A stretch of DNA of 64,000 nucleotides. Source: Raja brachyura (Eukaryota). Each line of letters begins with the position of its first letter. Within the stretch, counting starts at the first letter, position 1. The notes under the pieces were generated by a model. The model searched no databases. It was not told the origin of the DNA and saw only the letters and a program-made list of their open reading frames with translations. The translations under genes and the position numbers were made by a program. The stretch is taken from contig OY740801.1 of NCBI GenBank assembly GCA_963514005.1, positions 19,282,001 to 19,346,000 on the forward strand, written 5' to 3'. Below are positions 25,017-38,459 of the stretch, in pieces.

Positions 25017-25367
25017 AGAAACATAGAAAATAGGTGCAGCAGTAGGCCATTCGGCCCTTCGAGCCTGCACCGCCATTCAAGATGATCATGGCTGATCATC
25101 CAACTCGGTATCCTGCACCTGCCTTCTCTCCAAACCCCCCTGATCCCTTTGGCCACATCTAACTCCCTCTTAAATATAGCCAATGAACTGGCCTCAACTA
25201 CCTTCTGTGGCAGAGAATTCCAGAGTCGCCACTCTCTGTGTGAAAAATGTTTTCCTCGTCTCGGTCCTAAAGGAATTCCCCCTTATCCTTGGACTGTGAC
25301 CCCTTGTTCTGGACCTCCCCAACATCGGAACAATCTTCCTGCATCTAGCCTATCCAACCCCTTAAGA
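25017..25367 (-). mobile_element. CR1-clade LINE 3' fragment
   Basis: Same family as 10876-11121 and 16277-16770. Confidence 0.9.
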
Positions 25368-27613
25368 AGTTACGGTTAGTGGCGGCTGGGGTTCAGTGGG
25401 ACTTGAACAGGTACAGTGGAACCGAGGAACCATTACCGGTGGTTTAATATATCAGGCTATATACTTGAAGGAAATAAATGTTTTCAAAGTCTGACACCCA
25501 TTATCAATTAAATGTATTAATGGCATGGTTGCTATGGTAATTAATAATGGATCATATGCATGGCAGCAATCTCGACAAATCTCCATTGACTGAAGGAAGT
25601 TGGCAGATGGTATTTAAATGGGTTTCCTTGGACTTTGGTTGAAGATGCCTTGGTCTCTTTCAAATCATTTTTCCTGGTCGATTTCCACACTTAACTAACA
25701 TTACTAGAGAGACATAAGTAGATGGGTTGTTTATGTTAGTCTTATTTTGTCGCGTGTGGGCCCGATGGTAATTCATTGCATATGGATCACCTTTGAGAGA
25801 GTGTGATTAAAGCGCTATCGAAATGCACGCTTCTTTAGCAGGTTTATGTTCTACAGTGTTGAGCTTTATCGGATATTGTCGAGGAGTTAGTTACTTCCAA
25901 GGCCGAGACCCCATCGCGGTAATAGCATCGATTCGCTGCAGGACGCAGATAAGTGGAAAACTGATTCTCTTACCGTGGAATCGTTGCTTGACCTCTTGTG
26001 TCGTTTCGATGTCATAAAGAGGAAGCTGTGATGAGGACAATGTCGGATGAAGTGTAGATTGTCGGAGTTTGTCCGCTGAGCACTCTTGCATACATACACG
26101 TGCTGGTCCTGGCTAAGTGGTAGCCATTCGGACTCCGATTCAGACCAAGTCTAACCCGAAGGCCCGAGACATGACCAGGAGCAGAACTTCCGCAGTAGCC
26201 AGAAACTCCTTGCACCGCGGTTCCGCCTTGACAGAGTTGAGGCGCCCAAAGGAGCCTGTGTTTATAGGGACAGGCTGTGAAGAAACGTGCGGCCGCGATT
26301 CCCACCTCACTGCACACCCAGGGGATGTAAATTGCCCTTGCAAAGTAGAGTGGAGCGTGTAAACTAACTTTGCTTTAAGTTATGTTTTAAGGTTTAATTT
26401 TGCAAAAAAAAGCCTCGCATTTAATACGATTATTGGCTGCTACATAAACTGCGCCGCCAGTGCTGTGACTATCAGCACAAGCAGTCGGTCTCCTCACCAT
26501 AGCTCCCACCGTTCGCGGCATTAAAGCCATGTGCACCGCCAACGCGTGTACTGTCTTGAAAGATTCATTTTTGTTTCACCCCGCTAGTGCCTCTGCCCGT
26601 CACCTGTTGTCACTGGTTTGTTTTGGAACCACGACAGCATTACATCTGTTTCTCAGTTGCTGAGCCAGTACATCTGGTCATGGCCAGTGCATCCCTCTCC
26701 CCACAGTCCCTCCAGCAACGCCGCTGTTCTGTGCAAAAAAAACAAAAAACTATTAGTGTTGCCAGAGCAAAGGATCTTTTGTTGCCTTTTTGTTTCAGAT
26801 ATTAATTTGTGCACTGTGATGTAGACATTCATTTTGTGTTCTACATCAATTGCAGCCATGTAGAATTAACAAACTACCAGTGCGAGTATTTGATGCATGT
26901 GCTTTGTTCATTCTGCAGCTTTGTGCTACTCAGTACATGTTATGGTTTATTTTATGTGTACTTCGGTCTGTGTGTACGTGATGCTGCAGCAAGCGACATT
27001 TTCATTGTACCTGCACGCTACCGCACTTGTGTGCACATGATAATGAACACGGACTGACATCTTTGCCTCTCCAGCTTCCCCTCCCACTTCAGCAGCTGCG
27101 AACGCGCCGAAGTTTTGGGAAGGTGTGGAATTAATTACATCAATGGGATTTGCTCCGTAGCTCCACGCAGATTGGTTTCGGTTGCGTGGGCATTAATCCT
27201 GTGCTAGGTCGGGATTAATGCCTCCCTCTCCCTCCCTCTCAGGAGCAAATCGCCCAAACTCCACTCATAATACACGGAGACAGCGGCGGCAGATTGCTCG
27301 GACAGTCTGCTGTGGAATCCAATTGATTCACTCGTCAATCGAAGTGCTGGGTGTACGTTGGAGCTCGGAAAGGGTAAATTCTCCGAGTTGACAAAGTTGA
27401 GCAGTGTTGGCCTAGAATTGCTGTGTACTCCTGTGTATTCACCGTCTAACAGGGGGCAACGGTGCGTGGAACAAAGGAAGGTTTGGATTGATTCTCGTCG
27501 GTCCAGCTTGAACCAATGACGTACTTTTGGGAAATAATTGTAAAGTAGAAACCGCCACAGCAAATTCATTCACATTGCTCCAATAGACAGCAGTGGCAAA
27601 GAACAATGACCAG

Positions 27614-27880
27614 GACGGCACAGTGGCGCGGCTGCTGGAGCCTCTAACGCACACCACTAGAGACCTGGGTTCGATCCTGACCTCAAGTGCGGTGTGTGTG
27701 GAGTTTGCACGTTCTCCTTCTGACCGTGCGTGTTTCCTCCAGGGGTGCTCCGGTTTCCTTGCACATCCCACACATGTAAAAATTGCCCCGATTGGGCAGG
27801 AGATGGGTGAGAAAGTGGGACAACATGGAACTAGTGTGAACACGTGATCGATGGTATGTGTGGACTCAGTGGGCTGCAGT
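27614..27880 (+). mobile_element. HE1-like V-SINE
   Basis: tRNA-like head with A box (TGGCGCGGCTG) and B box (GGTTCGATCC), followed by GAGTTTGCACGTTCTCC. Confidence 0.88.
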
Positions 27881-28199
27881 GCTTGAAAAATGCATTTCCC
27901 CGACCAGCTGAGAGAGCAGAGAAAGCATCTGTAGGGCAATCCACACAGCAGACGCCCGCCTGACACCTTCCACGGCGGTGCGCTGGAGATTTGTATCTAT
28001 TCACTCAACGATCGGAAACGGGCGTGGCTGGAAAGGCTGGTGTTTATTGCTCAGCCCCGTTTACCGTTGAACCGTGCCTGGAGTCGCTGAACTCCTTCCG
28101 TGAAGGAAAGTTGTCTTCGTGGTGATCCCACAAAGACCGATTTGAAAATCCAAATGGTTCACTGAGTTCAAATGCTACAGCCCCCAAGCCTGTGGTTTA

Positions 28200-28365
28200 C
28201 TCCAAAATGCTGGAGTAACTCAGCTGGTCAGGCGTCACATTGGCAGAACATGAATGGGCGACGCTTCGGTCTGAAGTAGGGTCCCGACCCAGAGCGTCAC
28301 CGATCCATGTTCTCCAGAGGTGCTGCCCCACCTGCTCAGTTACCCCAGCACATTGTGTCTATTTG
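28200..28365. mobile_element. Penelope-type inverted-repeat remnant with a central degenerate hammerhead core
   Basis: AAATGCTGGAGTAACTCAGC...CTCAGTTACCCCAGCA fold-back; centre reads CGGT-CTGAAGTA-GGGTC-CC-GACCC-AGAG-CGTC-ACCG. Confidence 0.75.
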
Positions 28366-30153
28366 TGGTTTACGAGATCGGTAAATTAACCGTGGCATCA
28401 CCAGCCTACCCACCCTGGGACATGAGCTTCTTTCTATAGTGGGATTCCAGACCCAAGCCCATTGTGTCAGAGATGAGAGACACGGACCTGCGCCACTGAA
28501 CCGTGCTCCTGAATGATGTATTAAGTTGGAGATCACAGTTAGGATGAGCATTGCTCTTGGGGATGTCAGTACGAATCTACAAAGAGGCCAGAACAGATTA
28601 TTTAGGTGCACAAAGCTGCGGCGATGGAATTCGTCGCCTGTAAGCCTGAAATGGTTTGTTTTGGATCAAACGAATGCAATTCGGAGTTTGGTCGTAAAAT
28701 GAGTGAAAGGAGAAAGCGTCCTTTTACACAACGGTGCACTCCAAATCTCAACATTAACTAGATCTTCTTGGATTTAGAACATTAAGTGATGTTGGCCGAT
28801 GTGGGCAAGTTGTGCCCAAGGGTCTGTTTCCACGCTGTTAGACTCTATAACTATATGATACGAAGTGAAGCAAGTAAAATGCAGATGATGAAATGGGCAC
28901 TTGGAGATGAATGGTTTACAGCTGGTGTGGGCAGTCTTCTGATGTAAGTTAGTTTTTGTAACAGCAGGCGAGAGAGATATGCTATGCTTTTTCCCCCCGA
29001 AGGGGTCGCATGTAATGGTTGTTGGGATGAAGAGAGATGGGATGTTTCGCGAGTTAAGCTTGGGAGCAAGAGTTGTCCATGAATGTCTAATTAAAAATCT
29101 TATCATTGAAAATTGCCAATGTTTAGTGTGGGCGTTGCTTACATAAGGATCCGTGCGAAAACAAATGTTCATCCTGGGAGCTGAAGTAGGCCGCAATATG
29201 AGGGGTGGTTCGACCTGCAGAGCGGGACCCTCGGGCGATTTTCGCTGCGCTTGTAGCCTGGCATTAACCGCGAACAAGATTAACTTCAGAACATTGCTTA
29301 TCTATCCCCCCCCCCCCCCCCCCCCCTTAACCTCTTTCTTTCACCTATGTCCCGATGTAATTTATGTCTGCAGTCCATCCCAACGACCCTAAATGCTGGG
29401 ACTTTCCTGCACCGCTCAACCGTCTGAAGCCAGATTTCCCAGTCAACTTCTATTTTAGCCTGAAACCGGAAGATAGGTCCACGATAGAAACAAAATGCTG
29501 GAGTGAGTCAGCGGGCCAGGCAGCACCTCTGGAGAAAATAAATGGATCCATTTACCCCGGACCAGTCGCTCTGCTCTCCAGGCCGCTCTGCCCTCACTTC
29601 CTAACCCATTCACCAGTTGAGAGGCGGGCAGCGATAATGCCCGGAATCTCGAACTCCTCCTCAAAATCATCGCCACGAACTATTTGCAAAACGAAAGCAC
29701 CTGTTCGTTTATAAGATATAGGAACGATAGGAGAAATAGAAGATGGAACAAACCAGTCGACCCCTCCCACCCAGTGCCATTCGATAACTCCCCGACTTTT
29801 AAACTCAGCGCCACTTTCCTGCACCAATCCCACATCCCCTGAGTCTCTCAATAACTGAGTCTTCCATTCCTTGCTTCCAATGGACTGGCGGACCACAACT
29901 CTTCGGGAAAGTATTTCGAACATTCGCCCGCTAAGGATATTTCTTCCCATTTCTGCTCAAAATGGCCAAACCCTAGTTTTTTGGTCTATGTCTTGACTGC
30001 GACCCGAGACAGCCAGTGAGGAACCTTATCCCTGCTCCCAACCTGCCAGGCCCGGTAACCCGCGCCACGTAACCACCTCAGCTGCTCTTGTAGGTTCTGT
30101 ATTTGCAATTCTTTACAGAGCTGTCTTTCACACATAATTCTGCACCAGACGGG

Positions 30154-30194
30154 CTTTTATAGAAGGAGGTATAGAGTGTAGGTTGCTAGGTAAC
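30154..30194 (-). promoter_or_regulatory. Candidate minus-strand promoter: TATA box plus RFX X-box
   Basis: CTTTTATA (TATAAAAG on the minus strand, 30154-30161) and GTTGCTAGGTAAC (30182-30194) at the edge of CpG-rich sequence. Confidence 0.35.
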
Positions 30195-30529
30195 CGATGT
30201 AAAGGTTGTGAAGCCGGTGCTGTTACACGATCGAGCCCCCGCACCCAGACAGCAGCGCTGCCAGTCAGACCCATTCCTCTGCAACCCTCACCATGTCGAA
30301 ATATTCAGCTTTGTGGCCCCATGCAATCCGGTCCAAAACCCGTGAACACTTGTGGTAACTATTAACCCAGCGTCGTACATCTTAATCGTTCCCGATTCAG
30401 GGAAAGGAACCAAGCAACCTGCATGATTCAGCTCTGTTCATCCGCCTGGCCGCTCCGTTAACCTAAACATGACAGATATGTGGTGCTGAGCCGCTGCCCA
30501 CTTCCATTCTTTTCCTCTTCCAGACCAAT

Positions 30530-30872
30530 CCATCATGAGAGGAATAGATCGGGTAGATGCACAGAATCTCTTGCCCAGAGTAGGCGAATGATAACCAGAG
30601 GACATAGGTTTAAGATGAAGGGGAAAAGATTTAATATGAATCCGAGGGGTAACTTTTTCACACAAAGGGTGGTGGGTGTATGGAACAAGCTGACAGAGGA
30701 GGTAGTTGAGGCAGGGACAATCTCAACATTTAAGAAACAGTTAGACAGGTACATGGCCAGGACAGGTTTGGACGGATATGGACCAAAATCGGGCAGGTGG
30801 GACTAGTGTAGCTGCGGCATGTTGGCCGGTGTGTGCAAGTTGGGCCGAAGGTCTTGTTTCCACACTATCATG
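30530..30872 (+). mobile_element. CR1-clade LINE 3' fragment
   Basis: Peptide TRGHRFKMKGKRFNMNPRGNFFTQRVVGVWNKLTEEVVEA (CR1 ORF2 C-terminus). Confidence 0.92.
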
Positions 30873-31534
30873 CTTTGAATCCCCCACCAAGGCAAGGTGT
30901 GTACCATAGACCCCACATCTGCTGCAGGCTGAGAATAGCAGAGTTGACCCAACGTTGCCTCTTGAGGTGTTGCCTGACCAGTGACTTACCCCCCCCCCCC
31001 CCCCCCCCCCCAATCCCGCCTGGTTCTCTAGTAACAAATCAACACAAACGCCCACTGAGCCACTAGTAACTCGGCTTGAAGTTCCCGACCACCTGCCCTC
31101 TCCCACCCAATTCTCCTCCATTCCTTTCATTCTAAATCGTTTTTCCTTTTCATTACATTATTGTAAAGATAAAACTTCAAGAAAAAACAATCCTTTTTAA
31201 AACCCGTTTCAATAATATTTCCAGTGAAATATTTTTTACTATCCTGTCAGCACGCTGAACATAACTTCTTATGTACTCCCAGGAGCTATCTCATGCTGTT
31301 AAATGAGGGGTAATGCCAGCACATTATCCCTACCTCACATCCTCCTGCTTGAATTTAGAACAGATTTTTCAATGATTCCTTAGTTCACACTATTTCCATA
31401 AGGCAGAGGTACTTTCAGACATGCAGTAATTATTTTCAATGGCACAACACATGTTTGCAAACTGCATGCCAAAAACCAAACAGATGTTTCATGGTGTAGT
31501 AAATTGAACAGCGATTGCATCCTCAATGGGGTGT

Positions 31535-31910
31535 CAGTTGTAACTCAATGAGTAGCATGGTTGCCTTTAGAGTCAGGAGGTTTAAGTCCCAGGCCTGAGA
31601 CATCGGCTTATAATCAACACTGATACCCGAAGTACAGTTTAGAGAGAACAATAAAACATTATCAGTGACATCTTCCAGACGAGGACTGTCCTTGCCTCTT
31701 GGTTGAATGTAAAACAGCTTATCGCACAATTTTGAGCAGTCTTGCCAATATTTATTCATTGAGCAGCACTGAAACATTATCAAATTGCCATTTGTGGAAT
31801 ATCCTGTGTGTAAATTGATTACCTCACTACCTAAATTCCACTAATGGTTGGCTAAGTGGGTGTAAAGTTCTTTAGAGCATTGCGGAGGGCACTGTACGCT
31901 TGCAGGCTTC
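31535..31910 (+). mobile_element. Ancient DeuSINE (SacSINE1-like)
   Basis: tRNA-like head followed by GCCAATATTTATTC...GCCATTTGTGGAATATCCTGTGTGTAAATTG...GTAAAGTTCTTT; a minus-strand tail fragment follows at ~32040-32130. Confidence 0.6.
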
Positions 31911-33364
31911 GTATATGATGGGGCTGTTTTATTTCTGCTTGCTTCCTCAAGAACCTTTATTCTTGCCTGCAATATGAGAATGGAAGAATGAGACCAGTCC
32001 AAGACACGGCACAGGAAAATAAACGAGAAGGAAAGAAAAACCAACATTTCTAATTGCGCTTTTCTTGACCCGGGGACATCCCAAAATGCTCTACAGTTAA
32101 TTAAGTACTTCTGAAGTGCTGTCAATTGCATCCAGGCATATCAAGCATGATATGCAGAGATTACATCTGTCTTTAATCTGCTCTGAGTTTGCAGAAGCAT
32201 TACTCATTGTCGTAGTATAAGAAATTTCTACCTGCCACATTGACCAACTTAAAACCTCCCTTGGGTGAAGTTGTCAGTTAGTGCCATTTTGCTTTCTGGG
32301 TCCAACTCTGTTAGCAACTGACTCAAGACAGCCTTTAGCTATCTCAATGCAGGACTGCTCAAGCGAAATCCTGCAGACACTGGATATCTGAAATGGGAAC
32401 AGAAAGTAGTGGAAATACTTACCAGATCAGACAGCATCCTTGGAGCGAGAAAGAAGAGTTAATGTTTCAGTTTGCTGTCAGCCGCTTTCAATTTGCACTA
32501 TTGCTCACAAATCTGGCAATAATTGCCAATCCCTAAAGTTCAGTGGCTCAGCTCCTTTCAAGAGGCCAATTTAAGATTCAATCATGCGGGTATGGGACTG
32601 AAGTCAGAAGGTTTGGACGAGATAAAAGTATCAACATTCGCTCCCAATAGGGCTGACTATTCAGGATCATTTTCACTGATTCCTGGTTATTTTCCCCCAT
32701 CCCATCAGTTGGGTTTGAATTCAGATTGAAATTATTTGCATGTTTCTCTCATGTGGTTTCAAGTTTGAAATTGTATCTTAATACTTGTTGTGATAATGTG
32801 CAGCGACTTTGATACCTACTTAATACCAGCTTCCATCATTTACCTCATCCCACAATGGTGACTGAACCAATTTGTACTCCAGCACTGGCTTGAAACTACA
32901 ATTTGGCTTCAGATTCTCTGTTGATTATTACTGGAAAGAAGGCAGTGAATTGATGCAAAAATTGTAGTGCAGTCCATTACATTGATGCGTATGGCCAACC
33001 CATTACAGGAACACAGCTGGTTGAATCCTTGAGGACCAATTGCAATATTAACCCTTTTGATTCAAAACTAAATCTTTTACAGATGTCTTCTACTTGTTTT
33101 GCTCTCACTTTCGACATAGTTCCTACTGTTTCATTCCCTGATTAACATGATTCATATTTTGGTTAGAATGTAAATATAATTGATCCTTCATGTTCCCTAA
33201 ATCCTTTGAATATTCTATTCTCTTTTGGACGATAATCCAAAAGTAGATCTGATTCCAATGAGAGCGAGACTAATGTCTGAAGTCCTATTGGTTTTGGTGT
33301 TGGTTTATTATTGTCGCGTGTACTGAGATACAGTGAAATCATACCATGTTCAAGTACATCACAT

Positions 33365-34885
33365 AGTTATGGAGTGATACAGTGTGGAAACAGGCCCTTT
33401 GGCTCAACTTGGTCAACAATGTCCCAGCTACACAAGTCCCGCTTGCCTACGCTTAGTCCATATCCCTTCACACCTATCCTATCCATCTACCTGTCTAACT
33501 GTTTCTTAAATGATGGGATAGTCCCAGCCTCTATTACCTCTTCTGGCAGCTTGTTCCATACACCCACCACCCATTGTGTGATAAAGTTACCCCGTCGGAT
33601 TCCTTTTCCCCTTCACCTTGAACCTATGTCCTCTGGTCCTCGATTGCCCTACTCTGGTCAAGAGGCTCTATGCGTCTACCTGATCTATTCCTCTCATGAT
33701 TTTGTACACCTGTCAGATCACTCCTCATCGTCCTGCACTCCATGGAATAGAGACAGCCTACTTAACCACTGCCTATAGCTCACACCATCTAGTCCTGGCA
33801 ACATCCTCGTAAATATTTTCTGAAGCCTTTAAAGCTTGATATTATCTTTCCTACAACATGGTGCCCAGAACTGAACACAATATTCTAAATGCAGAATCAC
33901 CAATGTCTTATTCAACTGCGACAGAATCACCAATGTCTTATTCAACTGCCTCCTAACTTCTATACTTAATACTTTGACTGATGAAGACCAAAGTGCCACA
34001 AGCCTTTTTGACCACCTTATCCACCTGCAACTCGACCTTCTAGGAACCATGCACCTGTACTCCTAGATCCCTCTGCTCTACAACATGACCCAGAGGCCTA
34101 CCATTTACTGTGCAGGTCCTGCCCTTGTTCAACGTCACAAAATGCACACCTCACACTTCTCTGTATTAAATTCCATCAACCAATCCTCTGCCCACCTGGC
34201 CAATCGATCTAGATTCTGCTGCAATCTTTCACAACCATCTTCACTATCTGCAAAACGACTCACTTTTGTATCATCGGCAAACTTGCTAATCTTGCCCTGT
34301 ATGTTCTCATCCAAATAATTTATGTAGATTATGTAGATCTCCTGTGGCTCCACACAGAGGTGACTGCCTTGATTCCTGAGAGGTCCTACTCCTTCTCTAG
34401 TTACCCTTTTCCCCATATGTATTTATAAAATCTTTAGTGATTGTCCTTAATGCTACCTGCCAGAGCTATTTCCTGGCCCTTTTTTGCCCTTCTGCTCTCC
34501 TTTTTCAGTTTATTTCTTAGCTCCCAAAACTCCTCCATGGATGCACTTGATCCCAGCTGCCTATACCTGCCCCATGCATCCTTCTTGTTTTTGACCAATG
34601 CTTCAATTTCCCTCGTCAGCCAAGCTTCCTTACGTTTCCCTGCTTTGCCCTTCACTCTAATGGGGACGTACATATCTTAAGCTTTCGTCAGCACACTTTT
34701 AAAAACATCCCAATTGGCTGAAATTCCTTTCCCCTCAAATAACCTGCTCCAGTCAACTTGAACGAGACCACCTCTCATATCTTCAAAGTTGGCCTTACCC
34801 CAGTTGAACATTTTAACACGTGGACCCTCTCCGTCCCTTTCCATTACTATCTTAAACCTAGTCGAACTGTGGTCACTGGTCCCTA
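33365..34885 (-). mobile_element. CR1-clade LINE, internally deleted ORF2 remnant
   Basis: Peptides IQGKISKFADDTKV...LQQNLDRLARWAEDWLMEFNTEKCEV (RT), YVPIRVKGKAGKRKEAWLTREI and [11 protein letters not shown]; a 30-bp tandem duplication lies at 33892-33949. Confidence 0.93.
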
Positions 34886-35741
34886 GTGTAACAGATGAAA
34901 TAAACAGAATGCAGAATAAAGTGTCACATCTTCAAAAATGCGCAGATTTTTAAAAAAGTGCAAAAGCCATGGTAAGGTCGATTGGAAGACTGGAAATTCA
35001 TTCTTAGCATATGAGAGATCCATCCAAGTTTAGTAACAGCAGGAAAGAGGCTGTTCTTAAATCCGGTGGCATGTACTTTCAAGCATTTGTATCTTCTACC
35101 TGATGGGAGAGGGAGAAGACAGAATAATTGGGTGTAAGTAGTCCTTCTCTATGTTGGCTGCATTTTGAGGCAGTAGGAAGTGCAGATGGAGTCATTGGGG
35201 GCATGGGAGGGGTGGTTTGCTTGATGGACCGGACTGTGCTCAGAACTCCCTGCAATTTCTAATGATATTGAGCAGAGTAGATGCCGGACCAAGTTGTGAT
35301 GCATTTGGATAGGATGCCTTCCATGATGCATCTTCGTAAGAGACATTGGAGACATGCTGACTTTTCTTAGTCTTCTGTGGAAATAGAGACATGGTTTTGC
35401 CGCCTTGGCTGTATCATCAAAATGGTTGGGCTGGGTCAAATTGTTGGGATATTTACACCTAGTAACTTGAAGCTCTTAACCATCTCTATTTTAATGCCAT
35501 TGATACATACAGGGGCATGCATCCAGCTCCTTTGTTTTTGCAGACATTGAGGGGGAGGTTGTTGTCTTGCTATCATACCACTAGGCTCTCTATTGCTTTC
35601 CTGTACTGTGTCTCATCATTGAGATCTGGAACATCACCGTGCTCCAATCTTCGAAATGGATATGTAGCAGAATTTGACTGTTCAGTCATTACCATACAGG
35701 GAGTATAGTGCGGGGGAGAACACTGCCTTGCAGGGCACCAA

Positions 35742-36056
35742 TTTAGTTTAGTCTGGTTTGGAGATACAGTGCGGAAATAGACCTTTTGACCCAGTGATTC
35801 CATTCCAACCAGCGATCCCCTCACATTAACACTATCCTATACACACTGGGAACAATTTACATTTATACCAGGCCAATTAACCTACAAACCTATACTTCTT
35901 TGGAGTGTGGGTGGAAACTGAAGATCTCGGAGAAAACCCATGCGGTCACAGGGAGAACGTACAAAGTCCCTACAGACAGCACCCATAGTCGGGATCGAAC
36001 CTGCGTCTCTGGCGCTGTAAGGCAACGACTCTACCGCTGCACCTCCTTGCCGCCCG
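35742..36056 (-). mobile_element. HE1-like V-SINE
   Basis: (TTTAG)n tail, V-domain and tRNA-like head on the minus strand. Confidence 0.9.
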
Positions 36057-36344
36057 TGTTGAGAATTATTTTGGAGAATGTTTTATCACCCATCCTCACT
36101 GATTGCAATCTATGGGTCAGGAAGTTAAGTTGGAATTATGGAGTTGAAAGTGCAACTATGGTCAATCCGTAGAAGTCTGACATACACTGTATGTGTTCCA
36201 GTTATTCAGATGTTCCAGGGATGAGTGTAGGGTAAGGATAATGCTGTCAGCTGTTGACCTATTGCAACAGTTGGGGAATTGCAAAGGATCAAGGCTGCCT
36301 GGGAGGTTAGTGTTGATATTCACCACTTTCAGCCTCTCAAAACA

Positions 36345-36592
36345 CTGACCAGCAATCACCGCACATTAACACTACCCTATTTGGGCAACATTGGGGACAA
36401 TTTACATTTACACCAATGCAATTAACCCACAAACCTGGGCATCTTAGGAATGTGGGAGTTATCCAAAGATCTCAGAGATAACCCACGCGGTCACAGGGAG
36501 AACGTACAAACTCCGTACAGACAGTACCCTTAGTCAGGATTGAACCCAGGTCTCCAGCGCTGTCAGGCAGCAACTCTACTGCTGTGCCACCA
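36345..36592 (-). mobile_element. HE1-like V-SINE
   Basis: GGGAGAACGTACAAACTCCGTACAGACAG core. Confidence 0.88.
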
Positions 36593-36830
36593 TCATTCCA
36601 CTGATATTCTGTGTAAAATGTGCATACAATGCGTTGAGCTCGTTGGGGAGGGATGCATTGTCAGAGATATTGTCCAATTTCACTTAGTAGCCTGTAATGG
36701 CTTGCAAGCCTGGTGTCTGTATGGTTAGTCCGTGCCACTAGCGTGGTCTGGAAATGTATCTTAATGTTCCCGATGACTTTGCAATGGTTGTACCTAGATT
36801 TCCTGTACAGTTCAGGATCACCCGATTTGA

Positions 36831-36975
36831 TTGCCCCAGATAGGTCTGAAGAAGGGTGTTGTCCTGAAATGTCGCCCTTTCCTTCTAACCAGAGGTGCTG
36901 CCTGTCCCACTGAGTTACTCCAGCATTTTGTGTCTATCATCAGTGTAAACCAGCATCTGCAGTTCCTTCCTACAC
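36831..36975 (+). mobile_element. Penelope-type terminal-repeat remnant with 6-bp flanking direct repeat
   Basis: ATTTGA at 36825-36830 and 36976-36981; CTGAAGA-AGGGTGTTGTCCT-GAAA-TGTC core. Confidence 0.75.
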
Positions 36976-37949
36976 ATTTGAATGCCTCGGGCTTGGTCTT
37001 CACCAAAGAGTGAGTCTCACGGTTTAGTAATGGTTTCCAATTGGGAAACACTTGGATTGACTTCTCTAGTCCTCCGCACACTGATGCAGTGGTGTATTCT
37101 ACAGAGTGGCTACTGAGTCCATGAATAGGGACCAGTCCACTAACCCAAAACAGTCACATAGTTAGACTGTTTCATCAGACCAACGTTGTATGACTTTATG
37201 CACCAAATTGTTTTGCTTCAGTTTCTGCTTGTCGGGAGTACGAGTGCAGCCCGAGGGTCAGATTTTCCTAAATGTGGATGGGGTCCTGATAAATTTGCTG
37301 CTTTAATTCAAGCAGATCAATTTATTTTTAGATTATTTTCAACAGGATCAACAGGAGTATCCAGAGAACGAGAACTTGCATCCACAAAGGCTGTTTGAGA
37401 TCATTCAATTTAAGACAACTGACCAGGAATCAGCAAAAATGATCTTGAAGCTCTAGATTGTCAATAAACCATTAGACAACCCTTTGAGGAGTGGGGTGAG
37501 GGGAATCTTGGCATCCTTATCTTGTCTAAAACTCAATGAGACTCCAATCTCATACCAACCTAGAGGGGCCAGTCCACTGACCAAAGGCAGTCACGTTAGA
37601 GCTAGTAGAGTCCAAGACTGAAATATCGTCTGTCCATTTCCCTCTACAGATGCTGCCTCTCCAAACGAGTTCCTCCAGCAGTTTTTTTTTGGTCCAATTG
37701 CTTCGTGAATTATCATCTAGAATTGAGGAGGCAAACCACTCGGTTTTAGAGGTTGGCCCTTTTTTCCAACTTCGTGAGTGCCATCACAAAGTGAAGGCAA
37801 TGGAAAAAAAAGATGTACTTGATTCTTGATAATTAGAGAACATGGAACCGCCAACTCTTGGTATTGAGGTTCAGCTTCAGAATATGTGTTGTGCTCTGTT
37901 AAAGGGAGTTTGTGCTTACTTGAGTTATTTGCCTTCTATTTAATATGCT

Positions 37950-38445
37950 ATTTAATAACCAGACTGATTCCCGGGATGGCAGGACTTCCATATGAAGAAA
38001 GACTGGATAGACTCGACTTGTACTCGTTGGAATTTAGAAGATTGAGGGAGGATCTTATAGAGACTTACAAAATTCTTAAGGGGTTGGACAGGCTAGATGC
38101 AGGAAGATTGTTCTCGATGTTGGGGAAGTCCAGAAAAAGGGGTCACAGTTTAAGGATAAGGGGGAAGTCTTTTAGGACCGAGATGAGAAAAACATTTTTC
38201 AGACAGAGAGTGGTGAATCTGTGGAATTCTCTGCCACAGAATGTAGTTGAGGCCTGTTCATTGGCTAAATTTAAGAGGGAATTCGATGTGGCCCTTGTGG
38301 TTAAAGGGATCGGGGGTATGGAGAGAAGGCAGGTACAGGATACTGAGATGGATGATCAGCCATGATCATATTGAAAGGCGGTGCAGGCTTGAAGGGCCGA
38401 ATGGCCTACTCCTGCACCTAGTTTCTGTGTTTTTAATGTTTCTAT
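37950..38445 (+). mobile_element. CR1-clade LINE 3' fragment
   Basis: Peptide TRLIPGMAGLPYEERLDRLDLYSLEFRRLREDLIETYKILKGLD. Confidence 0.93.
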
Positions 38446-38459
38446 GCTTCTTAAGAGGA

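Larger units (their letters stand above)
34890..37200 (-). mobile_element. Rex1/Babar-type LINE remnant interrupted by two SINEs and a Penelope remnant
   Basis: Peptides CFERL...LPGSLDPLQF...NRSTADSIILTLHSSLEHL, DETQYRKAIESLV and KAAKPCLYFHRRLRK. Confidence 0.85.

Noticed and set aside
27614-27690. tRNA-like A/B-box sequences (also at other SINE heads)
   Set aside because: They continue into the SINE body and lack a complete cloverleaf; not tRNA genes.
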